Positions 1 through 9,522 are shown, counted from the first letter of the stretch. The stretch: 45,513 bases of DNA from Leptolyngbyaceae cyanobacterium (GCA_050331235.1 JBHJHA010000002.1:1-45513), one strand, 5' to 3'. Program-made: numbers and translations. Notes: a model not told the origin generated them from the sequence alone.

Positions 1-1
1 C

Positions 2-91
2 GCATATGTTAGATTCAATTTGCATAATGGCAATTGGAAAATTTCTCAGGTAGACTATCCTGAAAAAGCTGCATGCCCAGTTACAGAGTAA
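2..91 (+). CDS. Possible 3' end of a gene entering from the left edge (AYVRFNLHNGNWKISQVDYPEKAACPVTE*)
   Basis: Frame is open from the window edge to TAA at 89-91; AT-rich context; no family recognised. Confidence 0.3.
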   Translation, partial: AYVRFNLHNGNWKISQVDYPEKAACPVTE

Positions 92-450
92 AAACTTAGT
101 TAGAAGATATAACTAGGCAGGCCGCTAGCTTCAATCAAATACATCTTGCAGTTGCATTCTATATTGATGGGGATTTAAGACCCGCAGCATTTTTGCGCTT
201 CCGCATGCTATTTATTAGTAATGGACATGAAGTCTTATAAACAGGCTGCAATATCTTTAACTAAGAAAACGTTTCATAGTCCAGGGTTAACTTGTTAGCT
301 GCACAAGTAACAGTGTGTATGAGCGTAGAAAGACTGTTCTTTTCACTCCGACTCCAAACTCAAGCCTGTTCAAGCGATTACCCTCTGAATAGGTTAGCGC
401 CAACGCCCCAGTCGCTAAAATCAAGTCAACTGGTCTGATTCGCGATAGCC

Positions 451-688
451 ATGATTTTGAAGCTTGCCCCCAAGCAGTGCCTACCCTCCTCTGCTGAGTT
501 GCCCGACTCAGGCAAAACCCCCGGTGGATAATGTAGACCGCAGGGCTTCACGAAGCGTATTGCAAAACCTGATTCCCAATCTGCTGGAAGCTATCTTGGC
601 GATGATTGGGAGCGATCGCCAAGACTGGTTCTTTGGAGTCAATATGGGCATCTACTTCAACCCAGGCATCGATCCAGAGTCGCTCTAA
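451..688 (+). pseudogene. Uma2/DUF820 family endonuclease pseudogene (N-terminal remnant)
   Basis: ATG at 451 gives MILKLAPKQCLPSSAELPDSGKTP. After a frameshift in the C5 run (518-522) it reads PVDN[VDRRASRS]VLQNLIPNLLEAILAMIGSDRQDWFFGVNMGIYFNP, matching the cyanobacterial Uma2 N-terminus pattern LPDSDxTPVDNELQ..DWFFGVDMGIY. It ends before the nuclease core. Confidence 0.8.
533..559. repeat. 24-bp micro-insertion flanked by a GTA direct repeat (small dispersed repeat-like)
   Basis: GTA-GACCGCAGGGCTTCACGAAGC-GTA interrupts the conserved PVDNxLQ motif in frame. Confidence 0.55.
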
Positions 689-1344
689 CGCGATACCAGC
701 AGACCCAACTTTTGCAGACGAGCGTCATTGAACTCTTTGATCACCAGACTCGCGCCGTAGCTGTAGAGCACATCAGGCTCATGGGTTGACGCGACTCCAA
801 CCGTAGAGATTTTGGCGGCGACGGCGGATTGAATGCCTGTTTTAGAATCTTCGAACACGATCACCTCTGCGGCGGCTACCCCGCACCGGTCAAGCCCGGT
901 GGTGTACGGTAACGGATCTGGCTTGCTACGGGGCAATTCGCCGGCAATCAGCACAAAGTCAAAGGCGGTTTCTAGCTCCAGTACCTTGAGCACAAACTCA
1001 GCATTGGCTCGGGGGGCGTTGGTCACTACGCCGGTTTTTAACGACTGGCTTTGAATCCACCGATAGAGTTCGTCAAAGCCAGGCATCCGACCCAGGTCAG
1101 AGGCCGCAAGCTCCCGAAAGTGCGCCTCCTTATCCACCGCGAGCTGTTCGCCTTCGGCTGCTGAGAGTTGGGGTAGCAACTCCTTGATCAAGTGCTCATT
1201 CAGACGACCACTGATCTTTTCCTTAAAGAACTCGTCATCGACAGTGTAGCCGTGGGGTTCTAAAATTTCGCGCCAGACTTGGGTATGAATCGGGTCAGTG
1301 TTGGCTAGGGTGCCATCAAGGTCGAACAGTACGGCCTGGAGCAT
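685..1344 (-). CDS. HAD-superfamily hydrolase (CbbY/beta-phosphoglucomutase-like)
   Basis: Motifs FDLDGTL, VTNA, KPDP, FEDS; start placed at ATG 1344 (MLQAVLFD). Confidence 0.9.
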   Translation of the reverse strand: MLQAVLFDLDGTLANTDPIHTQVWREILEPHGYTVDDEFFKEKISGRLNEHLIKELLPQLSAAEGEQLAVDKEAHFRELAASDLGRMPGFDELYRWIQSQSLKTGVVTNAPRANAEFVLKVLELETAFDFVLIAGELPRSKPDPLPYTTGLDRCGVAAAEVIVFEDSKTGIQSAVAAKISTVGVASTHEPDVLYSYGASLVIKEFNDARLQKLGLLVSR

Positions 1345-1494
1345 AAGAATGTAGGTGAAATGAGCGTCATATGGGCAGTATACGACGGGGCTAGCTGACG
1401 GGAGAGTCCATAGCTGACCCATGAGAGCGTGCTTTTACAAAGCTGATAATTCCCACGGGAGCAGAGTTCTATTAAAGCTTGTTGACAAGTCGAG

Positions 1495-2877
1495 CTATGA
1501 GGGGGTGTCGCCCTCGGCGTAACGCTTGGAGCGCCAGCCAGGAATAGTGCTTTGTTTGGCCCGAGCGACGACCAACGCATCGTCATCCACATCTTTGGTA
1601 ACGACGGAACCGGCGGCCACCGTCACATCAGCACCCACGGTGACGGGTGCCACAAAAACGCTGTTGGAGCCTGTTTTGGTGCGATCTCCAATCACCGTGG
1701 GGTGTTTTTTTACGCCATCGTAGTTGGCCGTGATGGTGCCAGCTCCGACGTTAACTTGCTCGCCCAGGGTCGCATCTCCGAGGTAAGACAGATGAGCCAC
1801 GTTGACGCGATCGCCGAGTTGAGACTTTTTGATTTCTACAAAGTTGCCAATGCGACAGTTGTCGCCTACTACCGCCTGTCCCCGCAGATGGGCATAGGGG
1901 CCGATGCGAACGCGATCGCCAACTTGGCTATCGGTGAGGGTGGAGTACAGTACGGTGGCTTCGCGACCAATTCGTGAGTTTTCGATCAGCGCGCCTGGAC
2001 CAATCCGGCTACCGGCCCCAATCACCGTTTGCCCCCGCAGATGGGTTTGGGGCTCGATCACGACATCCGCTGCGATTTTCACAGTGACATCGATCGTGGT
2101 GGTCGCCGGCTCTAAGAAGGTGACGCCGGCCATCATCCAGTCAGTTTTGATCCGGTTCTGTAGGATGCTGTAGGCATCGGCTAATTGTTTACGGTTATTG
2201 ATGCCCTGAATCTCATGGGCATCGGCAACATCGACCGCCATTACCGGGGACATATCTTTGACCACATCTGTCAAATAGTATTCCTGCTGGTCGTTGTCGG
2301 CCTTGAGCTCGGGCAATATTTTGGCGAGGGCTGACCAGTCGAAGCAATAAACGCCCGCGTTGATCCGGCGATTTTGGCGCTGCGCCTCGGTGCAGTCGCG
2401 GTGCTCAATGATTTCCGTCACAATGTTGTCGTCGTTGCAAAAGACTCGACCATAGCCGGTCGGGTCAGCAAACTGAGCCGTTAATAAGGTCGCTTCGTTT
2501 TGGTGACTTTGGTGGGCTTCTAGCATCTGCCGCAGTGTAGAGGGGCGCAACAGCGGCACGTCACCGTTGAGTACTAGTAAATCCCCTTCAAAGCCTTGTA
2601 GATGTGGTAGGACTTGTTGTACAGCGTGGCCTGTCCCCAGCTGTTCGGTTTGCTCTACAAAGGTGAGGCCGTCAAGATGACTGAGGGCTCGTTGAACTTG
2701 TCCGGCTTCGTAACCGACAACTACTAAGCGGTGCGCTGGGTCAATCTCCGCCAGGCTATCGAGCACGCATTCCACCAGCGATCGCCCCCCCAGGGGATGC
2801 AGTACCTTAGGCAGAGCCGATTTCATCCGCGTGCCTTTGCCAGCTGCGAGCACTACGACGGCCAGCTTCCTGGTCAT
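1495..2877 (-). CDS. glmU: Bifunctional UDP-GlcNAc pyrophosphorylase / glucosamine-1-P N-acetyltransferase
   Basis: [44 protein letters not shown] and hexapeptide repeats; start at ATG 2877. Confidence 0.97.
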   Translation of the reverse strand: MTRKLAVVVLAAGKGTRMKSALPKVLHPLGGRSLVECVLDSLAEIDPAHRLVVVGYEAGQVQRALSHLDGLTFVEQTEQLGTGHAVQQVLPHLQGFEGDLLVLNGDVPLLRPSTLRQMLEAHQSHQNEATLLTAQFADPTGYGRVFCNDDNIVTEIIEHRDCTEAQRQNRRINAGVYCFDWSALAKILPELKADNDQQEYYLTDVVKDMSPVMAVDVADAHEIQGINNRKQLADAYSILQNRIKTDWMMAGVTFLEPATTTIDVTVKIAADVVIEPQTHLRGQTVIGAGSRIGPGALIENSRIGREATVLYSTLTDSQVGDRVRIGPYAHLRGQAVVGDNCRIGNFVEIKKSQLGDRVNVAHLSYLGDATLGEQVNVGAGTITANYDGVKKHPTVIGDRTKTGSNSVFVAPVTVGADVTVAAGSVVTKDVDDDALVVARAKQSTIPGWRSKRYAEGDTPS

Positions 2878-3278
2878 GACCTTTCTCCCACCTAATCCCA
2901 TTTACACGCTCCGGAGTATATCGTGCTTTGTAAAACGGCGGGAGACAACTTTTGATGGAGATTCCCCGGTAAGCAGCAACGCGTGGAGTTGCTGCCCCGG
3001 TGATGAGATTTTTCAGCGTCCCATCCTCATGGTTGAGCGTTGACCTCAAGAACTGTCCTGATTAGTGGCACACAAGTGACAGTATCTAGGGCCCGCTACC
3101 GCTAAATTAGAGGCAACCTGCTTAAATGTGTCCTATCTATTGTCAAGGCATCGCGAGTGCCAGCTGAGAGGGATTGTACGCTGTCAGGGAGCTCGCCTGC
3201 CTGGTGCTAAGGTCAGGAATCGCTGATCCCTGAGTTTTAGACATTTGAGTTGACTTGTAACTTTTTATCTGAGTTGCC

Positions 3279-4322
3279 ATGTCGGTCCTGCTTTTTCATG
3301 ACCTCGAAGAACTGCGTGGGTCAATTTCCGACCATTTGTATCAACAGCACCTGGGTCTGATTATGGGCCGAGTGGGCATGACGCGGCGACGGGCTGATTG
3401 CTTTTTACGACTGTGGCTCTATTTGCTGTTGAAACAGGCGCAGCAGCGGGGCGATCGCCGACAGCGGCCTTTAGAGACCCTCACGGTACCTCAGGGATGG
3501 ACGGCCTGTAGCTGCCGCGAAGCTGCTGCTGTGTTTTACAGCGACCGCGATCAGGGGAGCGATCGCTCCGCTGGCATGATGCTGGACAAGCTCGTGGCCC
3601 TAGGACTGATTCGCAAACATTTTGACGGCAACAGCACCCAGATTGAAATCTTGCCGTTGCCAGAGCTGCGAGTGACAGCGTCTCTAGAGGCTGCGCCATT
3701 AGTGCAGCCCGATGCCTTCGATCCTCGTTGTGACGCGGTGCCCATTGCTAATTTGCTGGCGACTAACTACAACTGGCTGAGCCGCAACACGGATGCTGTC
3801 CCCTATCGCATTGCCAATATTCTGCGCGATTGGGCTGAGCAATACGGTCGCGGGCTCCGGGTGCTAAGGCGTAGCGATAACCAAAATCCGGTGGGGTTCT
3901 ATGCACTGTATCCCACCCAACGGGGGTCTGAAATCAAATTCTTTGAGCCGCCCAGTCAGGGATTGCACCTCAGCCAAGTTGCTGCTGAAGATCCTTTCAA
4001 AATGTCAAGACCCGGTGACTTAACCTGCCGGGCTGTTTTTGTGCGTAGCTTTATGGTGGCTCCCGCTTGTCCGTCTACCTGCCGCACCGTTTTTGTGCAG
4101 GATGCGCAGGAGACTTTGACGGCGATGCAACAAGATTTTCCCAATCTGATGGATATGTATACGCTCATTATTCATCCCAGCTACACCGAGTTGGCCCTAG
4201 CGCTAGGATTTCAAAAAACGAATGCCGATCCTAAACTGCCCCTCCACTGGATGTATCAGGCCGTGGATCGCTTCATCGCCCTCGATGTCCCTCAAACCCT
4301 GGCTTCCCTGAGGGTCGAGTGA
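3279..4322 (+). CDS. Hypothetical protein, possible N-terminal winged helix and C-terminal GNAT-like fold
   Basis: 347-aa ORF; CREAAAVFY..SDRSAGMMLDKLVALGLIRK is wHTH-like; PVGFYALYP and LALALGFQK are GNAT-like (inference). Confidence 0.75.
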   Translation: MSVLLFHDLEELRGSISDHLYQQHLGLIMGRVGMTRRRADCFLRLWLYLLLKQAQQRGDRRQRPLETLTVPQGWTACSCREAAAVFYSDRDQGSDRSAGMMLDKLVALGLIRKHFDGNSTQIEILPLPELRVTASLEAAPLVQPDAFDPRCDAVPIANLLATNYNWLSRNTDAVPYRIANILRDWAEQYGRGLRVLRRSDNQNPVGFYALYPTQRGSEIKFFEPPSQGLHLSQVAAEDPFKMSRPGDLTCRAVFVRSFMVAPACPSTCRTVFVQDAQETLTAMQQDFPNLMDMYTLIIHPSYTELALALGFQKTNADPKLPLHWMYQAVDRFIALDVPQTLASLRVE

Positions 4323-4366
4323 TCTCATGAGCAGATTAGTCGACCTTGCAGCGATAAGATTGCTTA

Positions 4367-4396
4367 CACTCAGCCTCGACCGCAGAGGCTTGAGTG
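4367..4396. terminator. Stem-loop downstream of the 347-aa gene
   Basis: CACTCAGCCTC-gaccgca-GAGGC(T)TGAGTG; no clear U-tract. Confidence 0.35.
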
Positions 4397-4570
4397 CAGT
4401 ATGGCGATCTTGACCCTATCAGGCGCCGATTGGTGAAACGCTGATACCAACCAGTTGTGTTCGAGGCTGCTCCGCTGGACGAGGGGGCAGCAACTGCCAA
4501 CATTGGGCAGCGGTCAACCTAATCGCCCCTGCCAATGATGGACTCCATAGGACGCGATCGCCCTGGCATG

Positions 4571-4740
4571 ATTAATACGAACTCTCTGAAACGGGATGAC
4601 AGATGCATTTACTGGGATGATCCCCCCCAATCCCTTGCAAAAGGGCAGCAAAATGCAGGTGAGGAATAGCCCCCTTAAAGGGAGCGGCAACAGCGAGGGA
4701 GCCTCAATCTGTAATGCTTTCAGGCAGAATCGGTATTAAT
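4571..4740. mobile_element. MITE-like non-coding element, copy 1
   Basis: Ends ATTAATAC...GTATTAAT with imperfect inverted repeats extending about 30 bp; internal CCCTT..AAGGG palindromes; related to 27010-27125. Confidence 0.6.
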
Positions 4741-4783
4741 CTTACAAACTGACGGCTATCCAGCCTTTCACCGTTTTTGTGCA

Positions 4784-5338
4784 ATGGATAAACACTTAGT
4801 CAAACTCAGTAAGTTTTTGAGCTTAATTTTGAGGCATAAGCCTCAAGTCGTCGGTTTGCAGCTGGATGCCAGTGGCTGGGCCAATGTCGAAGACCTTATC
4901 GAACTCGTTAACCAACACGGTATTCCCCTTTCCGCAGCTCTGCTGGCGGACATCGTCCGCAAGGACGAAAAGCAGCGATTTGCCTTTAATGGCGATCGCA
5001 CCCAAATCCGTGCTAACCAAGGCCATTCCCTGGAGGTTGACCTGAACCTAATTTCAGAATCCCCGCCGCCGGTTTTGTTTCACGGCACGGCGAGTCGATT
5101 TTTGTCATCCATTCGCGCTCAGGGCCTGCTCCCAGGCAATCGTCAGCATGTTCATCTCGCTGCTGATGAGCTCACAGCAATTCGGGTGGGTCAGCGTCAT
5201 GGTCATGCCGTTGTTCTCAAGGTCAAAGCTGATGCCATGTTTCAGGCTGGCTTTGCCTTCTTCCTTTCGGAAAATGGCGTTTGGCTGACCCCAGCAGTTC
5301 CCCCAGATTTCATTCAGTTTCCCCATCGACTCTCATAA
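4784..5338 (+). CDS. kptA: RNA 2'-phosphotransferase (Tpt1/KptA)
   Basis: LSKFLSLILRHKP, KQRF, IRANQGHS, LFHGT, RQHVHL, NGVWLT. Confidence 0.95.
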   Translation: MDKHLVKLSKFLSLILRHKPQVVGLQLDASGWANVEDLIELVNQHGIPLSAALLADIVRKDEKQRFAFNGDRTQIRANQGHSLEVDLNLISESPPPVLFHGTASRFLSSIRAQGLLPGNRQHVHLAADELTAIRVGQRHGHAVVLKVKADAMFQAGFAFFLSENGVWLTPAVPPDFIQFPHRLS

Positions 5339-5391
5339 ATGGCCGATTTTTTTCCCACAGGTACCCGCGTCAACGTGCGGCCATGACACAG

Positions 5392-6384
5392 CTAGCCGTG
5401 CTCTTCTGCCCGGTTACGAGCGTCGAGCGCCTTGAGCTGGTGATACAGCATATCCATCCGGGGAGTGTCCACCCCCACCCGCTGCGCCGCTCGGAGGGGG
5501 TGGCCGACGATCGCCTCGATTTCTAATGGGCGACCGGCATCAAAGTCGATTTTCATGCTGGTGCGGTAAGGCTTCATGGTGGCAGTTCGGGCCAGCATCT
5601 TGTCAATGAGCTCAGGCGGGAGGGTACGATCGCCCTCCGGTGTTGCTCGTCGCCCGCAAGCGTTCGCGGCTGTGACGACTTCATGCATCAAATCGGTCGC
5701 TAGCTGCCGCGCATTCGCATCCGCCATCATGGCGTCAGTGGTTGCGTTGAGAATGACTGAGAGACTGTTGAAAGGTACATTCCACAAGAGCTTGCGCCAG
5801 CGAGACAGGTAGAGGTCGTCAGTCACTTCGATGGTGATCCCGGCTTGGGTAAAGTCTTGGGCGATCGCTCGTAACTGATTTGAAATCGGAACTGGGGCCT
5901 GCTGGGGGCTATATTCACCTAGCAAAATGCTGCCATAGTCGAGGTGATGAATATGGCCCGGACCAATTTTATTCGAACAAATAAAGCACAGTCCGCCCAA
6001 AATCGTCTGATGGGGCGCCGCCGCGGCAATATCAGCTTCAATGTCGAGACCGTTTTGCAGGGTAAGAATGACGGTCCCTGGGTTAAGTAGTGGCCGGAGG
6101 AGCTGAGGCAATAGCGTCAGATTATGAACTGTCTTGAGCCCAATGATGACAACATCCACGGTAGGCATATCAGTGGTGGTGCGATAAGCCTGGACGTCAG
6201 ACAAGACAAAGTCACCCGCAACGGAATCCACCCTCAGCCCGTGCTGCTGAACGACGGCGAAATCGCTGTGTAAGAGAAAGTAGACATCCTGCCCAGACTT
6301 TTGCAGACAGGCCCCATAATATCCGCCAATTGCTCCTGCACCGATAACGGCGTAGCGTCTTTTTTGAGTCGTGTCGCCAACCAT
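5392..6384 (-). CDS. panE: 2-dehydropantoate 2-reductase (ketopantoate reductase family)
   Basis: IGAGAIGGYYG, LQNG, RWRKLLWNVPFN, TSMKIDF..GRPLEIEAI. Confidence 0.9.
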   Translation of the reverse strand: MVGDTTQKRRYAVIGAGAIGGYYGACLQKSGQDVYFLLHSDFAVVQQHGLRVDSVAGDFVLSDVQAYRTTTDMPTVDVVIIGLKTVHNLTLLPQLLRPLLNPGTVILTLQNGLDIEADIAAAAPHQTILGGLCFICSNKIGPGHIHHLDYGSILLGEYSPQQAPVPISNQLRAIAQDFTQAGITIEVTDDLYLSRWRKLLWNVPFNSLSVILNATTDAMMADANARQLATDLMHEVVTAANACGRRATPEGDRTLPPELIDKMLARTATMKPYRTSMKIDFDAGRPLEIEAIVGHPLRAAQRVGVDTPRMDMLYHQLKALDARNRAEEHG

Positions 6385-6630
6385 GACGCAAGCTTAGTAA
6401 TCAGTTCATTGAATCCATGGAAACAGCGGGGACGGAAGCGTTGTGGACCACATGCGTTCCGATGCCTGCCCATCGCAGCTCAATTCTCGCATATGTCGCC
6501 GACTGGTTTTTCAGGATTCTATGGAGCCATCAAGTCCTATCTCACAGGGTTTCTCGGTCGGTGCTTCTCAGGTGCTGGCCCCAGGCAGTCGATAGCTAGA
6601 AATGTTGCCTGCTGCCATGATATTTAAAGC

Positions 6631-6667
6631 AAAAAGTAGAGCTTGAACTTGTTCAGGCTCTACTTTT
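6631..6667 (-). terminator. Intrinsic terminator (probably bidirectional) after the DUF4278 gene
   Basis: AAAAAGTAGAGCTTGAAC-TT-GTTCAGGCTCTACTTTT: long inverted repeat with A and T tracts on both sides. Confidence 0.85.
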
Positions 6668-6722
6668 GGGGGATCCCTCAATCAATTTCGGGCGTTAGCG
6701 TACCGACCGCGCTTTAGCTTCC

Positions 6723-6908
6723 TTACAGGTCATGGGAGTATTTGGCCCCGCGATAGGTAAGCTGCACTTTGCCATGCTCATGGGAGGGTGCAGCAAACTT
6801 TTTGCGAGTTAGGCGAGCGCCTCGATAGGTGCCAATCTCTTCAACATTTTGCTCTTGAGGTGAGGAGAGATGGGCTTCGTAGTCATGGCCGCGGTAAGAG
6901 AGTTTCAT
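6723..6908 (-). CDS. DUF4278 family small protein
   Basis: 61 aa with MKLSYRG..GTYRGA..LTYRGAKY (three YRG motifs); GGAG RBS upstream. Confidence 0.85.
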   Translation of the reverse strand: MKLSYRGHDYEAHLSSPQEQNVEEIGTYRGARLTRKKFAAPSHEHGKVQLTYRGAKYSHDL

Positions 6909-6957
6909 GGTGTTTTCTCCAAAAACAATTTGTTAAGACTGGGAGTGGTCTCGAAAC

Positions 6958-6973
6958 TGTAGCGATATATACA
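6958..6973. promoter_or_regulatory. NtcA-binding site
   Basis: TGTA-GCGATATA-TACA is a perfect GTA-N8-TAC; a minus-strand -10 TACAAT lies at 6986-6991. Confidence 0.7.
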
Positions 6974-7156
6974 GTCTTATCTTTTATTGTATGGGTTGTA
7001 AAGCGAGCTGGACCAAATGGATCATTAATTTATATCTACAGGAGGAGCACACTCCTCAAGGGCGGCCAGCGGTCCTAACATGGCGGTTGAGATGCTCAGC
7101 GCTTCCTATACTGAACTGAAAGCCTCGTGTTAGATATCAGGAGTAAAGGGGGAAGC

Positions 7157-8608
7157 GTGGCCGATCGCATTCTGTTTTGGCATCGTCGAGATCTACGGCT
7201 GAGTGACAACGTGGGCCTTGCCGCTGCCCGAGCCCGGTCGCCGCAGGTGACTGGGCTGTTTTGCCTAGATCCCCATATTTTGGAAAGTGACGATGTGGCC
7301 CCGGCTCGGGTGAGCTACATGATGGGCTGTCTGAAGGAGCTGCAGCGCCGCTATGCCGAAGCGGGGAGTGAGCTGTTGGTGATTAAAGCTCAGCCCGAGC
7401 AAGGCATTCCGGCTTTGGCGCAGGCCATTGAGGCCACGGCGGTTTATTGGAACCGTGGGGTCGAGCCCTATTCGCGCGATCGCGATACGAAGGTCGCCGC
7501 TGCCCTCAAAGAAGCCGGTATTGAAATCAAGACCACCTTTTGGGATCAGCTGTTGCAGGCTCCGGGAACAGTCCTGACCAAGACTGACCAAACCCCTTAC
7601 ACCGTATACACCCCCTTTTGGAAAAACTGGATTCAGCAGGCTAAGGCTGACCCAGCGGCCACCTTAGAAACAGCTGAAGGGTTGCCAGATGAGGTGCAGG
7701 CGCAAGCCAAACAGGCTGGGGCTATTGCCCTGCCCTCGGCTACCGACTTGGGGTTTGAGTGGGAGGTGCCACTGCCGTTAGAGCCGGGAGAATGGGCTGC
7801 GCAGCAGCAGCTCGAACAGTTTTGTGACGATGAGCGGCAGGTGACCGAATATGATGAACAGCGCAACTTTCCAGCCATTGACGGGACATCGCGACTGAGT
7901 GCTGCCCTCAAGTTTGGGGCGATCGGCATTCGCACTGTTTGGGCTGCGGCCGAGGCGACTTACAACCGCTGCCGCAGCGATGAAACGCGAGACAATGTGA
8001 GAGCTTGGCAGCAAGAGTTAGCTTGGCGGGAGTTTTACCAGCACGTGATGTACTATTTCCCCGAACTGGCTGACGGCCCTTACCGTGAGCACCTCAAGGA
8101 TTTTCCTTGGCTGAATAATGAAGACCACTTTCAGGCTTGGTGTGCGGGGCAGACCGGCTACCCGATTGTGGATGCAGCGATGCGCCAGCTCAATGAAACT
8201 GGATGGATGCACAACCGCTGCCGCATGATTGTGGCGAGCTTTTTGACCAAAGACCTGATTATCGACTGGCGCTGGGGTGAAAAATACTTTATGCAGAAGC
8301 TCTTTGACGGGGACCTATCAGCCAACAATGGGGGCTGGCAGTGGAGCGCTTCTAGCGGTATGGACCCTAAGCCACTACGGATTTTTAACCCCGCGAGTCA
8401 AGGCCAAAAGTATGACCCGGAGGGGGAGTACATTCGCCAATGGGTACCCGAAATTCGTCACTTAGACACCGCCCCCCTTGTCACCGGAAAAATTTCTGAA
8501 GGGGAGCGCGATCGCGCAGGTTACGCCAAGCCGATTGTCGACCACAAAGACCGCCAAGCAGTTTTTAAGGAGAAATATCAAACTCGCAAAGCTGAAACCA
8601 AATCTTGA
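7157..8608 (+). CDS. phrA: Deoxyribodipyrimidine photolyase (CPD class I)
   Basis: FWHRRDLRLSDN, GTSRLS, WREFY, GQTGYPIVDAAMRQLNETGWMHNRCRMIVASFLTKDL, NNGGWQW; start at GTG 7157. Confidence 0.95.
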   Translation: MADRILFWHRRDLRLSDNVGLAAARARSPQVTGLFCLDPHILESDDVAPARVSYMMGCLKELQRRYAEAGSELLVIKAQPEQGIPALAQAIEATAVYWNRGVEPYSRDRDTKVAAALKEAGIEIKTTFWDQLLQAPGTVLTKTDQTPYTVYTPFWKNWIQQAKADPAATLETAEGLPDEVQAQAKQAGAIALPSATDLGFEWEVPLPLEPGEWAAQQQLEQFCDDERQVTEYDEQRNFPAIDGTSRLSAALKFGAIGIRTVWAAAEATYNRCRSDETRDNVRAWQQELAWREFYQHVMYYFPELADGPYREHLKDFPWLNNEDHFQAWCAGQTGYPIVDAAMRQLNETGWMHNRCRMIVASFLTKDLIIDWRWGEKYFMQKLFDGDLSANNGGWQWSASSGMDPKPLRIFNPASQGQKYDPEGEYIRQWVPEIRHLDTAPLVTGKISEGERDRAGYAKPIVDHKDRQAVFKEKYQTRKAETKS

Positions 8609-8734
8609 GGCAAAATTCCTTAGACAGTTGATGGCACGTGGGCAATAGCGGACTTTTTAGTCCGAGTGATCATATCGAACAATTTGAGGATATAGTACAA
8701 AAATACTGTTTTCTGTCTTGAAGGCTGTTGAGTT

Positions 8735-9493
8735 ATGAAGCTGTCGTCAATTACTCCGGACTTATCCCAGAGGACTGCTCGGGAGGTTGGGCAACCGTAT
8801 TCTCGTCATTACGGGGGGCAAGCACTCCCTGCTGCACCTCCCTCCAGTCAGCTCACAGTTAAGAGCGAACTGCAACCTCAGGGACGCCGTAGGCTCGGGG
8901 CGGGGCTGTTGGGTTTGATGTTATTGGGCGGCGTCATTTGGGGTGGGGCTGAAATGCTGCAACAGCCACCCTGGGTAGAAGCGCAGGAGGCGCAGACTGA
9001 GACCTTAGCTGCCCCAACTTCGGCAAAAACCCCTTGGCAGTCAGCGTCTTTTCCGGTAGAGCAGTTTGTGGCTTACACATCCCCCTTTGGCTATCGAAAT
9101 CATCCCTATGGCGGGCGACGGTTTCATTATGGCCTCGATTTGGCCGCTCCCATGGGGAGCTATATTCGCGCTTGGTGGGAGGGGACGGTGGTCGAGGTGT
9201 CTGATGACACGGCCTGCGGCACAAGTGCGGTGATTGAGTCCCACGGGTGGTTGCATATTTATTGTCATATGCAGGGCCATGTGGTGATTGAGATGGATGG
9301 CGATCGCTGGCTGGTCGACAAAGCCGGTGGGGTTGAAATTCGCCAGGGAGATAGGGTCAAAAGTGGCCAGCGGATTGGCCGGGTGGGAATGACTGGGCGC
9401 ACCACTGGACCCCATCTGCATTGGGGGATGAAGTATCAGGGCAGCTGGGTTGATCCGTCGGTGGTGCTGCGGACGATGGCGGCGGCTCAATGA
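8735..9493 (+). CDS. M23 family metallopeptidase with N-terminal TM helix
   Basis: TSPFGYR, HYGLDLAAP, YCH, GRTTGPHLHW. Confidence 0.92.
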   Translation: MKLSSITPDLSQRTAREVGQPYSRHYGGQALPAAPPSSQLTVKSELQPQGRRRLGAGLLGLMLLGGVIWGGAEMLQQPPWVEAQEAQTETLAAPTSAKTPWQSASFPVEQFVAYTSPFGYRNHPYGGRRFHYGLDLAAPMGSYIRAWWEGTVVEVSDDTACGTSAVIESHGWLHIYCHMQGHVVIEMDGDRWLVDKAGGVEIRQGDRVKSGQRIGRVGMTGRTTGPHLHWGMKYQGSWVDPSVVLRTMAAAQ

Positions 9494-9522
9494 TTCCTAG
9501 TTGAACTGTCACACCGCGCACT

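Noticed and set aside
464..688. 74-aa ORF as an intact gene
   Set aside because: It is the shifted second half of the Uma2 pseudogene with an out-of-frame N-terminus
3010..3040. c-di-GMP-I riboswitch resemblance (minus strand AACCAT..ATGGGACGC)
   Set aside because: Lacks the GGCAAA start, GNRA loop, GCAAAG junction and tetraloop receptor
6909..6980. Glutamine riboswitch upstream of DUF4278
   Set aside because: No CGTTCA..GGAAG..GAACG-type consensus in the short leader
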